From positions 540 to 64,539 of IMG/VR virus record IMGVR_UViG_3300028591_000213: a stretch of 64,000 nucleotides of DNA; one strand, given 5' to 3'. The DNA comes from a virus (Duplodnaviria; Caudoviricetes). Position 1 is the first letter of the stretch. Every line of letters begins with the position of its first letter. Below, piece by piece: positions 49,393 to 59,570 of the stretch. The position numbers and the translations under genes are program-made. The notes under the pieces are model-generated. The model was not told the DNA's origin. It did no database searches and was given only the letters and a program-made list of their open reading frames with translations.

Positions 49393-49773
49393 ATGGCAGA
49401 AAAAAAAGAAACAACAAATAAAAAAGCAACTACACAAAAAAATAAAAATAATACACAGAAAAAAGTTGCGAAAAAAGTAGAAACGGTTAAAGAAAATATA
49501 CAAACCGTAGAACCAATAAAAGAAGAAAATGCAAATGTTTTGGATGAGGTAAAAGAAATGCCAACAGCAGACGTTGCAATTGAAGATGCTATTGGAGAAA
49601 CCATTGAAAAAGTAGTTGAAGAACCAGTGGTAGAATCAGAAAAAACGGTCGAAAAAACAGCAGAGAAAGTTGAAAAGACCGAAGAAAAAACCAAAAACGT
49701 TGTGAAAAAAATAACCAAAAGAATAAACCAATACTTTGGCTATCTTTGGAATGGACAAGCAATAGACTATTAA
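49393..49773 (+). CDS. Hypothetical Lys/Glu-rich protein
   Basis: 126 aa, low complexity, C-terminal YLWNGQAIDY. Confidence 0.6.
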   Translation: MAEKKETTNKKATTQKNKNNTQKKVAKKVETVKENIQTVEPIKEENANVLDEVKEMPTADVAIEDAIGETIEKVVEEPVVESEKTVEKTAEKVEKTEEKTKNVVKKITKRINQYFGYLWNGQAIDY

Positions 49774-49778
49774 ACACA

Positions 49779-50345
49779 ATGGAAAAAGATATAACAAAAA
49801 AAATGCTTAACGTAATTAGGGAAAATACCGATAAAATAAAAGAACAATACAACAAAGTAAAACCACTAGTTATAGAAAAAGCAAATAACGAAAAAGATAA
49901 TTTCTTAACCCGTTCAAAAATTTTAATGGAAGAAGCAGAAACGCAAAAAAAAAAATTGAACGAGGAAAATCAAGAAAGCCATGAAAAAAGCTTTCCAATA
50001 ACAAAAAATACACCACAATTCGGAGATGTAAGAACTTCACAAGAAGAAGCCGTGATTAAAACCGTCGGAGAACAAGTTAAATTCAATGATGAATCACTTC
50101 TATACTATCCGGAAGCAGATGACCTAGTTCTTAACGGAGAATTACCTTCAATGAACACAAAATTCCAATTCAGATATAACGACCCAGGAGAAGGACTATA
50201 TATTTGGTGTAATGCAATGCCATTAAACGAAAGAAACCTTAGAACAGTAGGTAAGATTAATGATGCATATCTAAATTGGAGGCAGAATCTGATTACAGAC
50301 TCGGACTTGATGACAAAGCTTAAGAAAGTATCGGAAAAAAATTAA
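49779..50345 (+). CDS. Hypothetical protein
   Basis: ATG at 49779 preferred over the overlapping 49746 start. Confidence 0.6.
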   Translation: MEKDITKKMLNVIRENTDKIKEQYNKVKPLVIEKANNEKDNFLTRSKILMEEAETQKKKLNEENQESHEKSFPITKNTPQFGDVRTSQEEAVIKTVGEQVKFNDESLLYYPEADDLVLNGELPSMNTKFQFRYNDPGEGLYIWCNAMPLNERNLRTVGKINDAYLNWRQNLITDSDLMTKLKKVSEKN

Positions 50346-50353
50346 GGGAATGA
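50334..50353 (+). repeat. 20-bp direct repeat, copy 1 (GAAAAAAATTAAGGGAATGA)
   Basis: Identical to 52207-52226; the pair brackets the 50350 endonuclease gene. Confidence 0.85.
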
Positions 50354-52218
50354 ATTTTATAAGTACTGAAGAATTTATAAAAAAAGCAAAATTAATGCAC
50401 GGCGACGAATATGATTATTCAAAAACGCAGTGCATTAATTGTTATAGTAAGGTTTGTATAATATGCCCAAAACACGGTGAGTTTTGGCAAAGTGTATATA
50501 GTCATTTATCTGGGCATGGATGCCCAAAATGTAAATGCGAAAAAATGTGGAATTCTAGAGGAAGAATGACAACAGAACATTTTATTGATGCGGCAAGAAA
50601 AATTCACGGAAATAAATATGATTATTCAAAAGTTGAATATAAAAACGCAAAGGAAAAAGTTTGTATAATTTGTTCAGAGCATGGGGAATTTTGGCAAACT
50701 CCATATAACCATTTAAAGGGGCATGGGTGCAGAAAATGTTTCAATGAAATGTCATCAAAAAAACAAAAATCAACGATTAAAGAATTTATTGATAAAGCTA
50801 AAGCAATACATGGAAATAAATATGATTATTCAAAAGTAAATTATATTAATAACCAAACAAAGATTTGCATAATATGTCCGGAACACGGTGAGTTTTTTCA
50901 AACGCCAAGTTCTCATTTGGCCGGAAATGGGTGTAAAATGTGTTCCAAAGTTAAAGAAAACAAGTACACAACCGAAACATTTATTAAGGCATTAAAAAAA
51001 ATCCATGGAAACAAATATGATTATTCTAAAGTTAAATATAATGGGTGCGATGAGTATGTTACTGTTATTTGTCCAAAGCATGGAGAATTTAAAATTAGGG
51101 CAAGGCATTTAATTGGAGGAGTTGGTTGTAAAAAATGTGGCATTGAAAAAAGGAAAACCAAAAGGCTAAGTAATTCAGATGAATTTATAGAGAAAGCAAG
51201 AAAAATACATGGCAATAAATATGATTATTCAAAAGTAGAATATATAAATGCTCATACAAAAGTGTGTATTGTATGCCCCGAACATGGAGAATTCTGGATG
51301 ACGCCAAATGACCATTTAAGTAATGCTTATGGATGTAGAAAGTGCTGTAAAAATATATCTAAAGCGGAAAATAGCATTGCAGAAATCATTAAAGAGTATG
51401 GTATAAAAGTAGAACAAGGGAATAGAAAAATTTTGAATGGAAAAGAAATAGATATATTTTTACCAGATTATGACATAGGGATAGAGTATGATGGACTTAA
51501 ATGGCATTCAGATGAATATTGCAAAGATAGATTGTATCATTTTAAAAAAACAAATGAATGCTTAAATAAAGGAATAGGTTTAATTCATATTTTTGAGGAC
51601 GAATATTATATGCACAAAGAAATTGTTTTATCAAAAATAAAACATTTACTTCACATTAATAATGAACTTGAAAAAATAGATGCTAGAAAATGTATTGTAA
51701 ACGAAATAACAAACAAAACTGCTTCAATTTTTTTTGAAAAAAATCACATACAAGGGTTTTCAAAATCTACTGTTTATTTAGGATGTTTTAAAGATAAAGA
51801 ACTTATTGGCGCTATGAGCTTTATAAAAAGGAAAGAAAAATGTTGGGAGTTAAATCGTTGCGCATCAGATATAAATTATCAATGCAGAGGAGTAATTGGA
51901 AAATTATTATCTTATTTTAAAAAACATTATGAATGGAATACAATAAAAACATTTGCTGATAAAAAATGGATAATTAATGAAAATGAAAATTTATATTCAA
52001 AGCTTGGCTTTAAAAAATGTATTGTCTTAAAACCAGACTACAAGTATTGTAAGGGAAATACAAAAGAAAGAATTAATAAAGATAATTTCAAAAAGAAATT
52101 AATTAATAAAAACCACGACTTGTCATCGTCTATGTCAAAAACAGAAATGGCTAAAAAATTAGGCTATCATAAAATATGGGACTGTGGCTTAATAAAATAC
52201 GTACTTGAAAAAAATTAA
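50350..52218 (+). CDS. Zinc-finger-repeat homing-endonuclease-like protein (five DUF723-type repeats, PD-(D/E)xK domain, GNAT-like C-terminus)
   Basis: IHGNKYDYSKVxY....KVCIICPEHGEFWQ repeats; KEIDIFLPDYDIGIEYDGLKWHS; ELNRCAS..TFADKKW..IWDCG; same architecture as the 43533 gene. Confidence 0.8.
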   Translation: MNFISTEEFIKKAKLMHGDEYDYSKTQCINCYSKVCIICPKHGEFWQSVYSHLSGHGCPKCKCEKMWNSRGRMTTEHFIDAARKIHGNKYDYSKVEYKNAKEKVCIICSEHGEFWQTPYNHLKGHGCRKCFNEMSSKKQKSTIKEFIDKAKAIHGNKYDYSKVNYINNQTKICIICPEHGEFFQTPSSHLAGNGCKMCSKVKENKYTTETFIKALKKIHGNKYDYSKVKYNGCDEYVTVICPKHGEFKIRARHLIGGVGCKKCGIEKRKTKRLSNSDEFIEKARKIHGNKYDYSKVEYINAHTKVCIVCPEHGEFWMTPNDHLSNAYGCRKCCKNISKAENSIAEIIKEYGIKVEQGNRKILNGKEIDIFLPDYDIGIEYDGLKWHSDEYCKDRLYHFKKTNECLNKGIGLIHIFEDEYYMHKEIVLSKIKHLLHINNELEKIDARKCIVNEITNKTASIFFEKNHIQGFSKSTVYLGCFKDKELIGAMSFIKRKEKCWELNRCASDINYQCRGVIGKLLSYFKKHYEWNTIKTFADKKWIINENENLYSKLGFKKCIVLKPDYKYCKGNTKERINKDNFKKKLINKNHDLSSSMSKTEMAKKLGYHKIWDCGLIKYVLEKN

Positions 52219-52226
52219 GGGAATGA
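52207..52226 (+). repeat. 20-bp direct repeat, copy 2
   Basis: Identical to 50334-50353; overlaps the terminus of cassette B. Confidence 0.85.
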
Positions 52227-52399
52227 TATACCTGTTGACACAGGCCGCTCCTTTTGAATAAATATGCAAATCTGCAAGAACCTCATCGTTTCTTGCAGAT
52301 TTTTTTGTTAAATGTTATGATACCTTTTTATCCATCCCACTTTATTATATAAAAAGGATAGTTCACTGTTTGAACTATCCCTTATATGTGTGTGCCAAA

Positions 52400-53680
52400 T
52401 TATGCTGCATCTTTCACAGTCCAACCACTTGGAGTACCATTAGTACCTTCTGTCCAATTACTCATACTTGCTGCCTTGGTAAATGTACCACTTGCTGCAA
52501 CACCATTTACCCAATTAGATGTACAGTTAGACGCACTAATGTCAGTTGCAAGACAAGTAATACTATTTAACGAGGTGCAACCATAGAACATACTTTCATA
52601 ACAGCGGTTTGCCAACGTTGTAGCAGGTAGTTCAGGCGCTGTTGTTAACGATGTGCAACCATTGAACATACCACTATAACAGCCGTTTGCCAACGTTGTA
52701 GCAGGTAATTCAGGCGCTGTTGTTAACGATGTGCAACCATTGAACATACCACTATAACAGTCGTCTGCTAACGTTTCTGCTGGTAATTCAGGTGCTGTCG
52801 TTAGACTTGTACAACCATAGAACATCTGATAATAACATTCGCTTGCTAACGTTGTAGCAGGTAATTTAGGTGCTGTCGTTAACGATTTGCAACCATAGAA
52901 CATATTACTATAACAGGAGTATTCCAACTTTGTAGCAGGTAATAATTTAGGTGCTGTCGTTAACGATTTGCAACCATAGAACATGCTATTATAACAGTTG
53001 TCTGCCAACGTTGTAGCAGGTAATAATTCAGGTGCTGTCGTTAACGAGGTGCAACCTTGGAACATATTACTATAACAGCTGTTTGCCAACGTTGTAGCAG
53101 GTAATTTGGGTGCTGTCGTTAATGATGTGCAACCTTTGAACATATTACGATAACAGTTGTCTGCCAACGTTGTAGCAGGTAATGATAGGTTTTTAGCACT
53201 TACCACATTAGTATTACCACTGAATAAGCAATAAAATGCATATTCCTTTCCATTTAGACTTGTTTGGGCTTTAAAATTATAGCCAAACAGTAATGACATT
53301 GCATTACCTTCTACAGAGTATCTAACACCAGTAGCACCACTGAACCTACCAATACCTTTATTTGTTTGTGGTGCCGGTGTTCCTTTCCATAGAACCTTAT
53401 CACCTGCTGCAACAGATATTGTATCTGCACTTGTTACAGCCGACCAATTCTCACCGTTATCCTTTGAGTAAGATAGTGTATTAGCAGTTGTTGAACCACT
53501 CCACTTAATATTTCCGCCACTTGTCACTATCATTGTGAAATAGTCTTGGGAATAATCATGAAAAGGGTTATAATGCACGGTAGTTGGAGCATCTTCACAT
53601 AATGATACGTTAGGCAAAACTTAGTTTTGCCTAACTTCTTCATACTGAGCTGTTGTTTTAAAAAGTTTTAAGTATTTCAT
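52400..53680 (-). CDS. BspA-like leucine-rich-repeat protein B; in-frame TAA at codon 20 (53623-53621)
   Basis: MKYLKLFKTTAQYEEVRQN*VLPNVSLC...; 7 full plus 1 partial LPATTLxxxCYxxMFxGC repeats. Confidence 0.8.
53609..53635. promoter_or_regulatory. Perfect 27-bp palindrome carrying the TAA/TTA codon, copy B
   Basis: Plus strand GTTAGGCAAAACT-T-AGTTTTGCCTAAC, i.e. TAA on the coding minus strand. Regulatory role is inferred. Confidence 0.75.
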
Positions 53681-53885
53681 ATTATTTTATATTTTTATAT
53701 AAATATCAGTAGATATGCAAAAAAAAAATGAGGAGTTGCATAAACAATTCCTCATTTTTGTATTTTTATTCAGAAAAGGGAGATTGTGTCAACAGGTATA
53801 TAATTACCTTATGAATAATGCCTCTTATTAAGATAAGTGGTATTTTTTTGTTTTATAGAATATTTATAGTAAAAGTTTTTTATAC

Positions 53886-54101
53886 ATGGATTATAACGAG
53901 AAGAAAATACAGGAAATTATAAAAGAAGAGCTTACAAAATCAGAAGTAAATTCAATGATTAGTAGTAAAATTAGTTCTTCTTTATCGTCACGTGATTTTA
54001 AGAAAGCCGTTAAAGAATTAACTGCCGATGTGGTTGGCGAATTATTTAGATTATTATGGAATAGAAATAACTTCTGGAAATCAACTGTAGTAAGAGCATG
54101 A
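53886..54101 (+). CDS. Hypothetical protein
   Basis: 71-aa ORF coupled to the next gene. Confidence 0.55.
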   Translation: MDYNEKKIQEIIKEELTKSEVNSMISSKISSSLSSRDFKKAVKELTADVVGELFRLLWNRNNFWKSTVVRA

Positions 54102-54454
54102 AGATATATTTAAGCGAAAATAAATTAATTATGCTTAAAGAAAGCGAAAATGAAGAAAAGGAAGAAGTAACGTTTTATAAGTTCTTTACGGAGGTAAAAA
54201 ACTTTTTAAAAAAATTACTTGATGACCCAATAAATGCAAAACCAGGTAGCTTCTTTAAAGAAAATAATATTAGCAAAAGCAAATTGCTAAATAAATTATT
54301 GGATAAAGGCATAATAAGGAAAAAGGAAAATATAGATGAACCAAATGATGCAGATGGAAAAATGAAATCAATGCATTATTTGCAGTATATGATACCAAAG
54401 AAAAACTTTGAACAAAATATACATAGACTATATTCATATTTTTTTGAAAGATAA
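54098..54454 (+). CDS. Hypothetical protein
   Basis: 118-aa ORF, ATGA overlap. Confidence 0.55.
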   Translation: MKIYLSENKLIMLKESENEEKEEVTFYKFFTEVKNFLKKLLDDPINAKPGSFFKENNISKSKLLNKLLDKGIIRKKENIDEPNDADGKMKSMHYLQYMIPKKNFEQNIHRLYSYFFER

Positions 54455-54477
54455 GCATAAAAAATTAAATAAAAAAT

Positions 54478-57400
54478 ATGGGTAATTATTTGAAATTATT
54501 TAATACTCAAGAGGATTATAACAAGCACAAGGAGAGCGCATCTACAATGCCAAATGTTTCACACTGTATAGATAATATAAATGTATATTTGGAAGAATGC
54601 GCCCCTTCAATAGCATATGAACTTATAGGTAATCCTTCTTATCCGTCCACAATTAATGGAATGGATGAATCGTTTGATATAACATTTACTTGTAAAAAAA
54701 CAACAAACACCATAGTTTGTTCAACAATCGTTACCAATGAAACAAATACCGTAACGGTATATATTGGAAAAAATACAAGTACTGAAACTGACAGGGTAAT
54801 AAGTGATACATTTAACTATAATGGATTGCTTATACCATATACAATTACACAATATAAACGTTGCACAGCAAATACAGTTTATGAATTAAATGGCACTCCT
54901 TCTTATCCAAGTGAAATAGAAGGTGATGTTGATTCATTTAATTTGACATTTAGTTATAGAAAAATAGTTACAGATAAAAATTGTAATGAAACCGTAACTA
55001 CCGGTAGTGATACTACTGTCATATATGTTGGTGTTAACCCAAATAGCGGTACATCACGAATAATATCAGATTCATATAACTACAGCGGCATGAGCGTGCC
55101 TTATACTGTCACACAGAATAAAATGTGTACTGCCGGTATAGTATATGAACAAGTTGGTGATGCCACTTATCCAAGCGAAATAGAATATAATGTTTCAGCA
55201 TTTAATTTATCATTTAGCTATAAGAAAATAAATGTAGATAAATATTGTAACGAAACCGTAATAGAAACCAGTAGTGTTACCACTTCAATAACTGTAGGAG
55301 AGAATTCTCTATATGAAGACAGAACAATAAGTAGTAGCTATACATTTAATGGCATAGTTATTAACTATTCATTGGTTCAGAAAAAGAATAATCATTATCA
55401 AATAGTAAATACATTTAATGTAAGAAGTACAAGCAATAATACTAACATCGCTTCAAATACTACTCCAATAGATTGCATAGAAATAGATAATACAGTATAT
55501 AGAACAGTTAGTAGTGGATTTAGATTTAGCACTACAGGTTCTCATACTGTTAAATATTCTTTGAAAAACGCAATAGAAACTGGAGGAGGAATATTTGGTG
55601 GATGCGAAGATTTAACAAATTCAGTTATTGAAGAAGGAGTAGCCAAAATTGGCAATTCTTTATATGCCGAGTGCAATAATCTGTCAAGCGTTACAATACC
55701 TGAAAGTACCACAATAATTGATGATGGGGCATTCTTTGCATGTCCAAATTTATCAAAAGTAAATAGTGAAACATCTTATACGGTTAATATACCAAATAAT
55801 GTAACAACTATTAATAATGATGTGTTTAGTAACTGTACAAAAATTAAAACGGTTAATTTTAATGATGATTCCTCATTAACAACCATTGGAAATGAGGCAT
55901 TTAGTAGATGTGACATGCTTGAAACAATAAACATACCAAGCGGAGTTACAAGTATTGGCAACAGTGCGTTTAAAGCATCAACCGGCCTCACGAGCGTTTA
56001 TCTTAATCCGGTAGAGCCACCAATAATTGGAGCATCAGCATTTACCGAAAATGCAGACGACAGAAAAATATATGTTACATGCTATAGCATTAACACATAT
56101 AAAGCAGACGAAGATTGGAGCGAATATACAAGTGGAATAGTATCAGAAGATGGTTGTCCGTTGGTTGCAACATATAACGTTACATCAACAACGGAAGCTA
56201 CAGCATTAAGGGCCATATGGTACAGCGAAAATATAGAGTCTATGGAAATAGATGGTGTAGAATTGTCAAGTCCTGTTACAAGTTATACATTTGATACAAT
56301 AGGAATACATGAAGTTAAATATTATCCTAAAGACCAAACTGTCACTTATTCAGGCGTTACGTTTGGCGCAAGTGCAACAGTCGTACCAGATTATATGTTC
56401 CATAATATTGATAAGTTAATTAGTATAGATATTCCAGATAGCTTTACAACTATCGGAGAACGTGCTTTTCACGGATGTAGTGGGCTAACAACAATACATT
56501 TTGGACAAAGAGTCAATAACTTTAGCACATATGGCGTTTTTGGAAATTGCACAAGTTTACCTGTTGTAAATAATATTAGATACGCAGATACATATGCCGT
56601 TGAAGCTGTTGACAAAACACTTAGCTCATATACAATAAAAGATGGTACAAAATTTATTGGGCGTAATTGTTTTGCAAGCTGTAGTGGACTTACAAGCGTT
56701 AATTTGCCTGATAGTCTTATAAAGTTCGAAACCAATGCTTTTTGGAAATGTAGTGGTCTCACAAGTGTTACAATACCAAATGGAGTAACACACATTGGAG
56801 GTGGAGCTTTCTATTATTGCACTAGCTTAACAAATATAAATATACCAAATAGTGTTACTGGTATATACAGCGGAGCATTCCGAGACTGTAGTGGATTAAC
56901 AAGTGTAACCATACCTGATAGCGTAACATATGTTGATGGAGATATATTTAGTGATTGTACGAGTTTACCGGTAGAAAATAACATTAGATATGCCGATACA
57001 TTTGTGGTCGAAGCTACTGATAAAACTTTATCAACATATACAATAAAAAATACAACAAGATTTATTGGTAACAGCTCTTTCAGTGGTTGTAGTAATCTTA
57101 CAAGCATAACAATTCCAAGTAACGTAACAAGCATTGGTGGCAGCGTTTTCTCTAACTGTAGCAATCTTACAAGTATAGTCATACCTGACAACGTTACATC
57201 TGTTGGCAGTGCTATATTTGCTAATTGTACAAGTTTAACATCTGTTACCATGTCGCCAAACATCACGGTAATTGGCCAAGATGCTTTCAAAGGTTGCAGT
57301 AGTTTAACTTCTGTTAATTTGTCAGATAATATAACATCAATTGGCGATGGAGCTTTTTCGGGCTGTACAAGTCTAAGTAGTTTAACAATTCCATCCGGCT

Positions 57401-57813
57401 TAACATCAATATCAAAATATATTTTCTATAATTGTAGTGGCCTTACAAGTATAATAATACCAGATAGCGTTGTAACTATCGCCTCTCAAGCTTTTTATTG
57501 TTGTAGTGGCCTTACAAGTATAAATATACCAAATAGTGTTGTAACTATCGCCTCTCAAGCTTTTTATTGCTGTAGCGGTCTTATTAGCGCAACAATAGGC
57601 AGTGGCGTGACATATATAGCCATGAATGCTTTCTATAACTGTAGTGGGCTTACAGGCATAACTATTGAAAGAACAACACCTCCAACATTGGTAGTAAATG
57701 CTTTAACCAATACCAATAATTGCCCAATATATGTCCCAGCAGCTTCGGTTGACACATATAAGGCAGCAAGTGGGTGGAGCAGTTATGCAAGTAGAATTCA
57801 GCCAATTTCATAG
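54478..57813 (+). CDS. Large BspA-like (LRR_5) protein with three N-terminal ~88-aa repeats
   Basis: Leader MGNYLKLFNTQEDY...MPNVSHC; YExxGxxxYPSxI repeats at 264-nt spacing; many IPxSVTxIGxxAFxxCxxLTS repeats; C-terminal IYVPAASVDTYKAASGWSSY. Confidence 0.85.
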   Translation: MGNYLKLFNTQEDYNKHKESASTMPNVSHCIDNINVYLEECAPSIAYELIGNPSYPSTINGMDESFDITFTCKKTTNTIVCSTIVTNETNTVTVYIGKNTSTETDRVISDTFNYNGLLIPYTITQYKRCTANTVYELNGTPSYPSEIEGDVDSFNLTFSYRKIVTDKNCNETVTTGSDTTVIYVGVNPNSGTSRIISDSYNYSGMSVPYTVTQNKMCTAGIVYEQVGDATYPSEIEYNVSAFNLSFSYKKINVDKYCNETVIETSSVTTSITVGENSLYEDRTISSSYTFNGIVINYSLVQKKNNHYQIVNTFNVRSTSNNTNIASNTTPIDCIEIDNTVYRTVSSGFRFSTTGSHTVKYSLKNAIETGGGIFGGCEDLTNSVIEEGVAKIGNSLYAECNNLSSVTIPESTTIIDDGAFFACPNLSKVNSETSYTVNIPNNVTTINNDVFSNCTKIKTVNFNDDSSLTTIGNEAFSRCDMLETINIPSGVTSIGNSAFKASTGLTSVYLNPVEPPIIGASAFTENADDRKIYVTCYSINTYKADEDWSEYTSGIVSEDGCPLVATYNVTSTTEATALRAIWYSENIESMEIDGVELSSPVTSYTFDTIGIHEVKYYPKDQTVTYSGVTFGASATVVPDYMFHNIDKLISIDIPDSFTTIGERAFHGCSGLTTIHFGQRVNNFSTYGVFGNCTSLPVVNNIRYADTYAVEAVDKTLSSYTIKDGTKFIGRNCFASCSGLTSVNLPDSLIKFETNAFWKCSGLTSVTIPNGVTHIGGGAFYYCTSLTNINIPNSVTGIYSGAFRDCSGLTSVTIPDSVTYVDGDIFSDCTSLPVENNIRYADTFVVEATDKTLSTYTIKNTTRFIGNSSFSGCSNLTSITIPSNVTSIGGSVFSNCSNLTSIVIPDNVTSVGSAIFANCTSLTSVTMSPNITVIGQDAFKGCSSLTSVNLSDNITSIGDGAFSGCTSLSSLTIPSGLTSISKYIFYNCSGLTSIIIPDSVVTIASQAFYCCSGLTSINIPNSVVTIASQAFYCCSGLISATIGSGVTYIAMNAFYNCSGLTGITIERTTPPTLVVNALTNTNNCPIYVPAASVDTYKAASGWSSYASRIQPIS

Positions 57814-57860
57814 GCTTCTACGTTGGTTGACGAAACCATGCCAAAAACCAATTAAAACAA

Positions 57861-57900
57861 AAAAAGTTTGCTTTAGCTTGTGGCTCATAGCAAACTTTTT
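57861..57900. terminator. Hairpin terminator after the large LRR gene
   Basis: AAAAAGTTTGCT...AGCAAACTTTTT. Confidence 0.55.
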
Positions 57901-57978
57901 GCTTTAATATAATATTTATGTATGTAGGCAAATCTTTATTTGCTTTTTTAAAAAATAATTACTAAATAGTAACAAAAA

Positions 57979-59436
57979 ATGGCAAAAGACAGAAAAAAGA
58001 TTCAGCACATACATAGTAGTGTGTTTGACAAGCAGCCGACTCCTGAGTCATTGGAGATTGGCGAGTTAGCTGTTAATAATAACAGCAATTGTGCATTTAT
58101 TTCAACGAAGAACAGCAGCAATAATGTTGTTCGTTTTTCTGAAGATTCGATGATGGTTAATTTAATGGAGAACAAGGAAGTATTTACTTACTATGGGGCC
58201 GTTTTAAATCCTTCTGAATCAGATTTAAAAAACAACAAATCTCAGCTTATTTTTAAATTAAATCAGGTTGTTGCAAATAACACCGTTCATGGAAGTGATG
58301 TGAATGGAAAGAATGATATGCATGGCAATCCCATTAATCCATTATCTCCTGATGGAAGCGAGGGAGGAGCAGGTTTTGCTGTCAATATGGACATATATGC
58401 CATGAATGGCTCAAATCCGTCATTCAGTTCAATCACTGCTGTTGAGAAATCAACATTAAAGGGTGATACGGTTATAAGTGGTTCTTCGCTTAATATAAAT
58501 GATGGCGCAGTTAGCGTTAGTGCAACCAATATTTCAACAACGGCGAATACTTTAGGCACAAGTGTTCAGACTGCAACGACCAATATAAGCAATAATACTT
58601 ATAATGGTACTTCGTTTAATGGAAATATAAGTCAGTTGGATTTAAATTGTGGCACAATTTCTGCCAATTCTTCTACAAATACCATAATTAGTTCAAATAA
58701 GAATGTTAGCATAAATTCTTTAAGTGGAGTTAGTGTTAATGCTGTTAGCGATATGGATGTATTATCTGATAAGAATATCAACTTATGTGGTTCAATAAAC
58801 ACCAACATTGGTTTTGACACGGATGATAATTTAACAGCTTCAACAACAACCGTAAGGGGTGATAAGGTTGTAATTGACTCAATATCGGATGATTTAGGCA
58901 TTTCTTCAAGGGAAAACATTATAGAGTCTTCTGAAAAGGATATTACCATCACAGCCAATGATAATTTAATAACCACAGCTGGAAAGAATGCTTCTTTATA
59001 TGGTGTATCTGCCACCACTTTAGGTACTATTGGCTCTAATATTCATATTGTTGGTAGTCCAATTACCATTGATGGCAATACTACTGTAAATGGTACTTTA
59101 ACGGCAACCGCAGGTTTTTATTCTTCTGATGAAAGACTTAAAGAGAATATTTTAAATATTAATAAGGTTGATTTTGATAAAACAAAAGATATACAGATTA
59201 AGTCATTCAACTTTAAAAATGATAATACTAAGAGAAAGACATATGGTGTTATTGCACAAGATGTTGAAAAAGCGGGTTTATCAGAATTAGTGCATGTTAA
59301 AGAAGATGGCTTTAAAGCTGTTGATTATACGTCATTGACAATGTTGAAATTATCTTATCTTGAAGAATATTGTTCGCATTTAAATGATATTATTAAAGAA
59401 TTAAAAGAAAAGATAGAAGCCTTGGAAAAACAATAA
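57979..59436 (+). CDS. Tail fibre/spike protein with C-terminal intramolecular chaperone (Peptidase S74-like)
   Basis: SSDERLKENI followed by GVIAQDVE and VDY; N-terminal PxxLEIGELAVN; Ser/Thr/Asn-rich beta-helix-like middle. Confidence 0.82.
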   Translation: MAKDRKKIQHIHSSVFDKQPTPESLEIGELAVNNNSNCAFISTKNSSNNVVRFSEDSMMVNLMENKEVFTYYGAVLNPSESDLKNNKSQLIFKLNQVVANNTVHGSDVNGKNDMHGNPINPLSPDGSEGGAGFAVNMDIYAMNGSNPSFSSITAVEKSTLKGDTVISGSSLNINDGAVSVSATNISTTANTLGTSVQTATTNISNNTYNGTSFNGNISQLDLNCGTISANSSTNTIISSNKNVSINSLSGVSVNAVSDMDVLSDKNINLCGSINTNIGFDTDDNLTASTTTVRGDKVVIDSISDDLGISSRENIIESSEKDITITANDNLITTAGKNASLYGVSATTLGTIGSNIHIVGSPITIDGNTTVNGTLTATAGFYSSDERLKENILNINKVDFDKTKDIQIKSFNFKNDNTKRKTYGVIAQDVEKAGLSELVHVKEDGFKAVDYTSLTMLKLSYLEEYCSHLNDIIKELKEKIEALEKQ

Positions 59437-59450
59437 AGTAATTTTTTATA

Positions 59451-59486
59451 AAATGGAGCAAGTTTAAAAATTTGTTCCATTTTTTT
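59451..59486 (+). terminator. Rho-independent terminator after the tail fibre gene
   Basis: AAATGGAGCAA...TTGTTCCATTT plus U-tract. Confidence 0.6.
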
Positions 59487-59527
59487 TATTTTTTTAATTT
59501 TTATTTTGGTTTTTTAATATTTTTTTG

Positions 59528-59535
59528 TATATTTG
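59528..59535 (+). promoter_or_regulatory. Bacteroidota-type -7 promoter box
   Basis: ttttttgTATATTTG upstream of ATG 59571. Confidence 0.55.
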
Positions 59536-59570
59536 TAAAAACGAAAATTTAATTTTAAAAGAATATAGTT

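Larger units (their letters stand above)
52219..53808 (-). mobile_element. LRR cassette B: ~1.59-kb inverted-repeat-bounded unit, inverted relative to cassette A
   Basis: Ends GGGAATGATATACCTGTTGACACA and TGTGTCAACAGGTATATAATTACC; flanks match cassette A. Confidence 0.65.
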
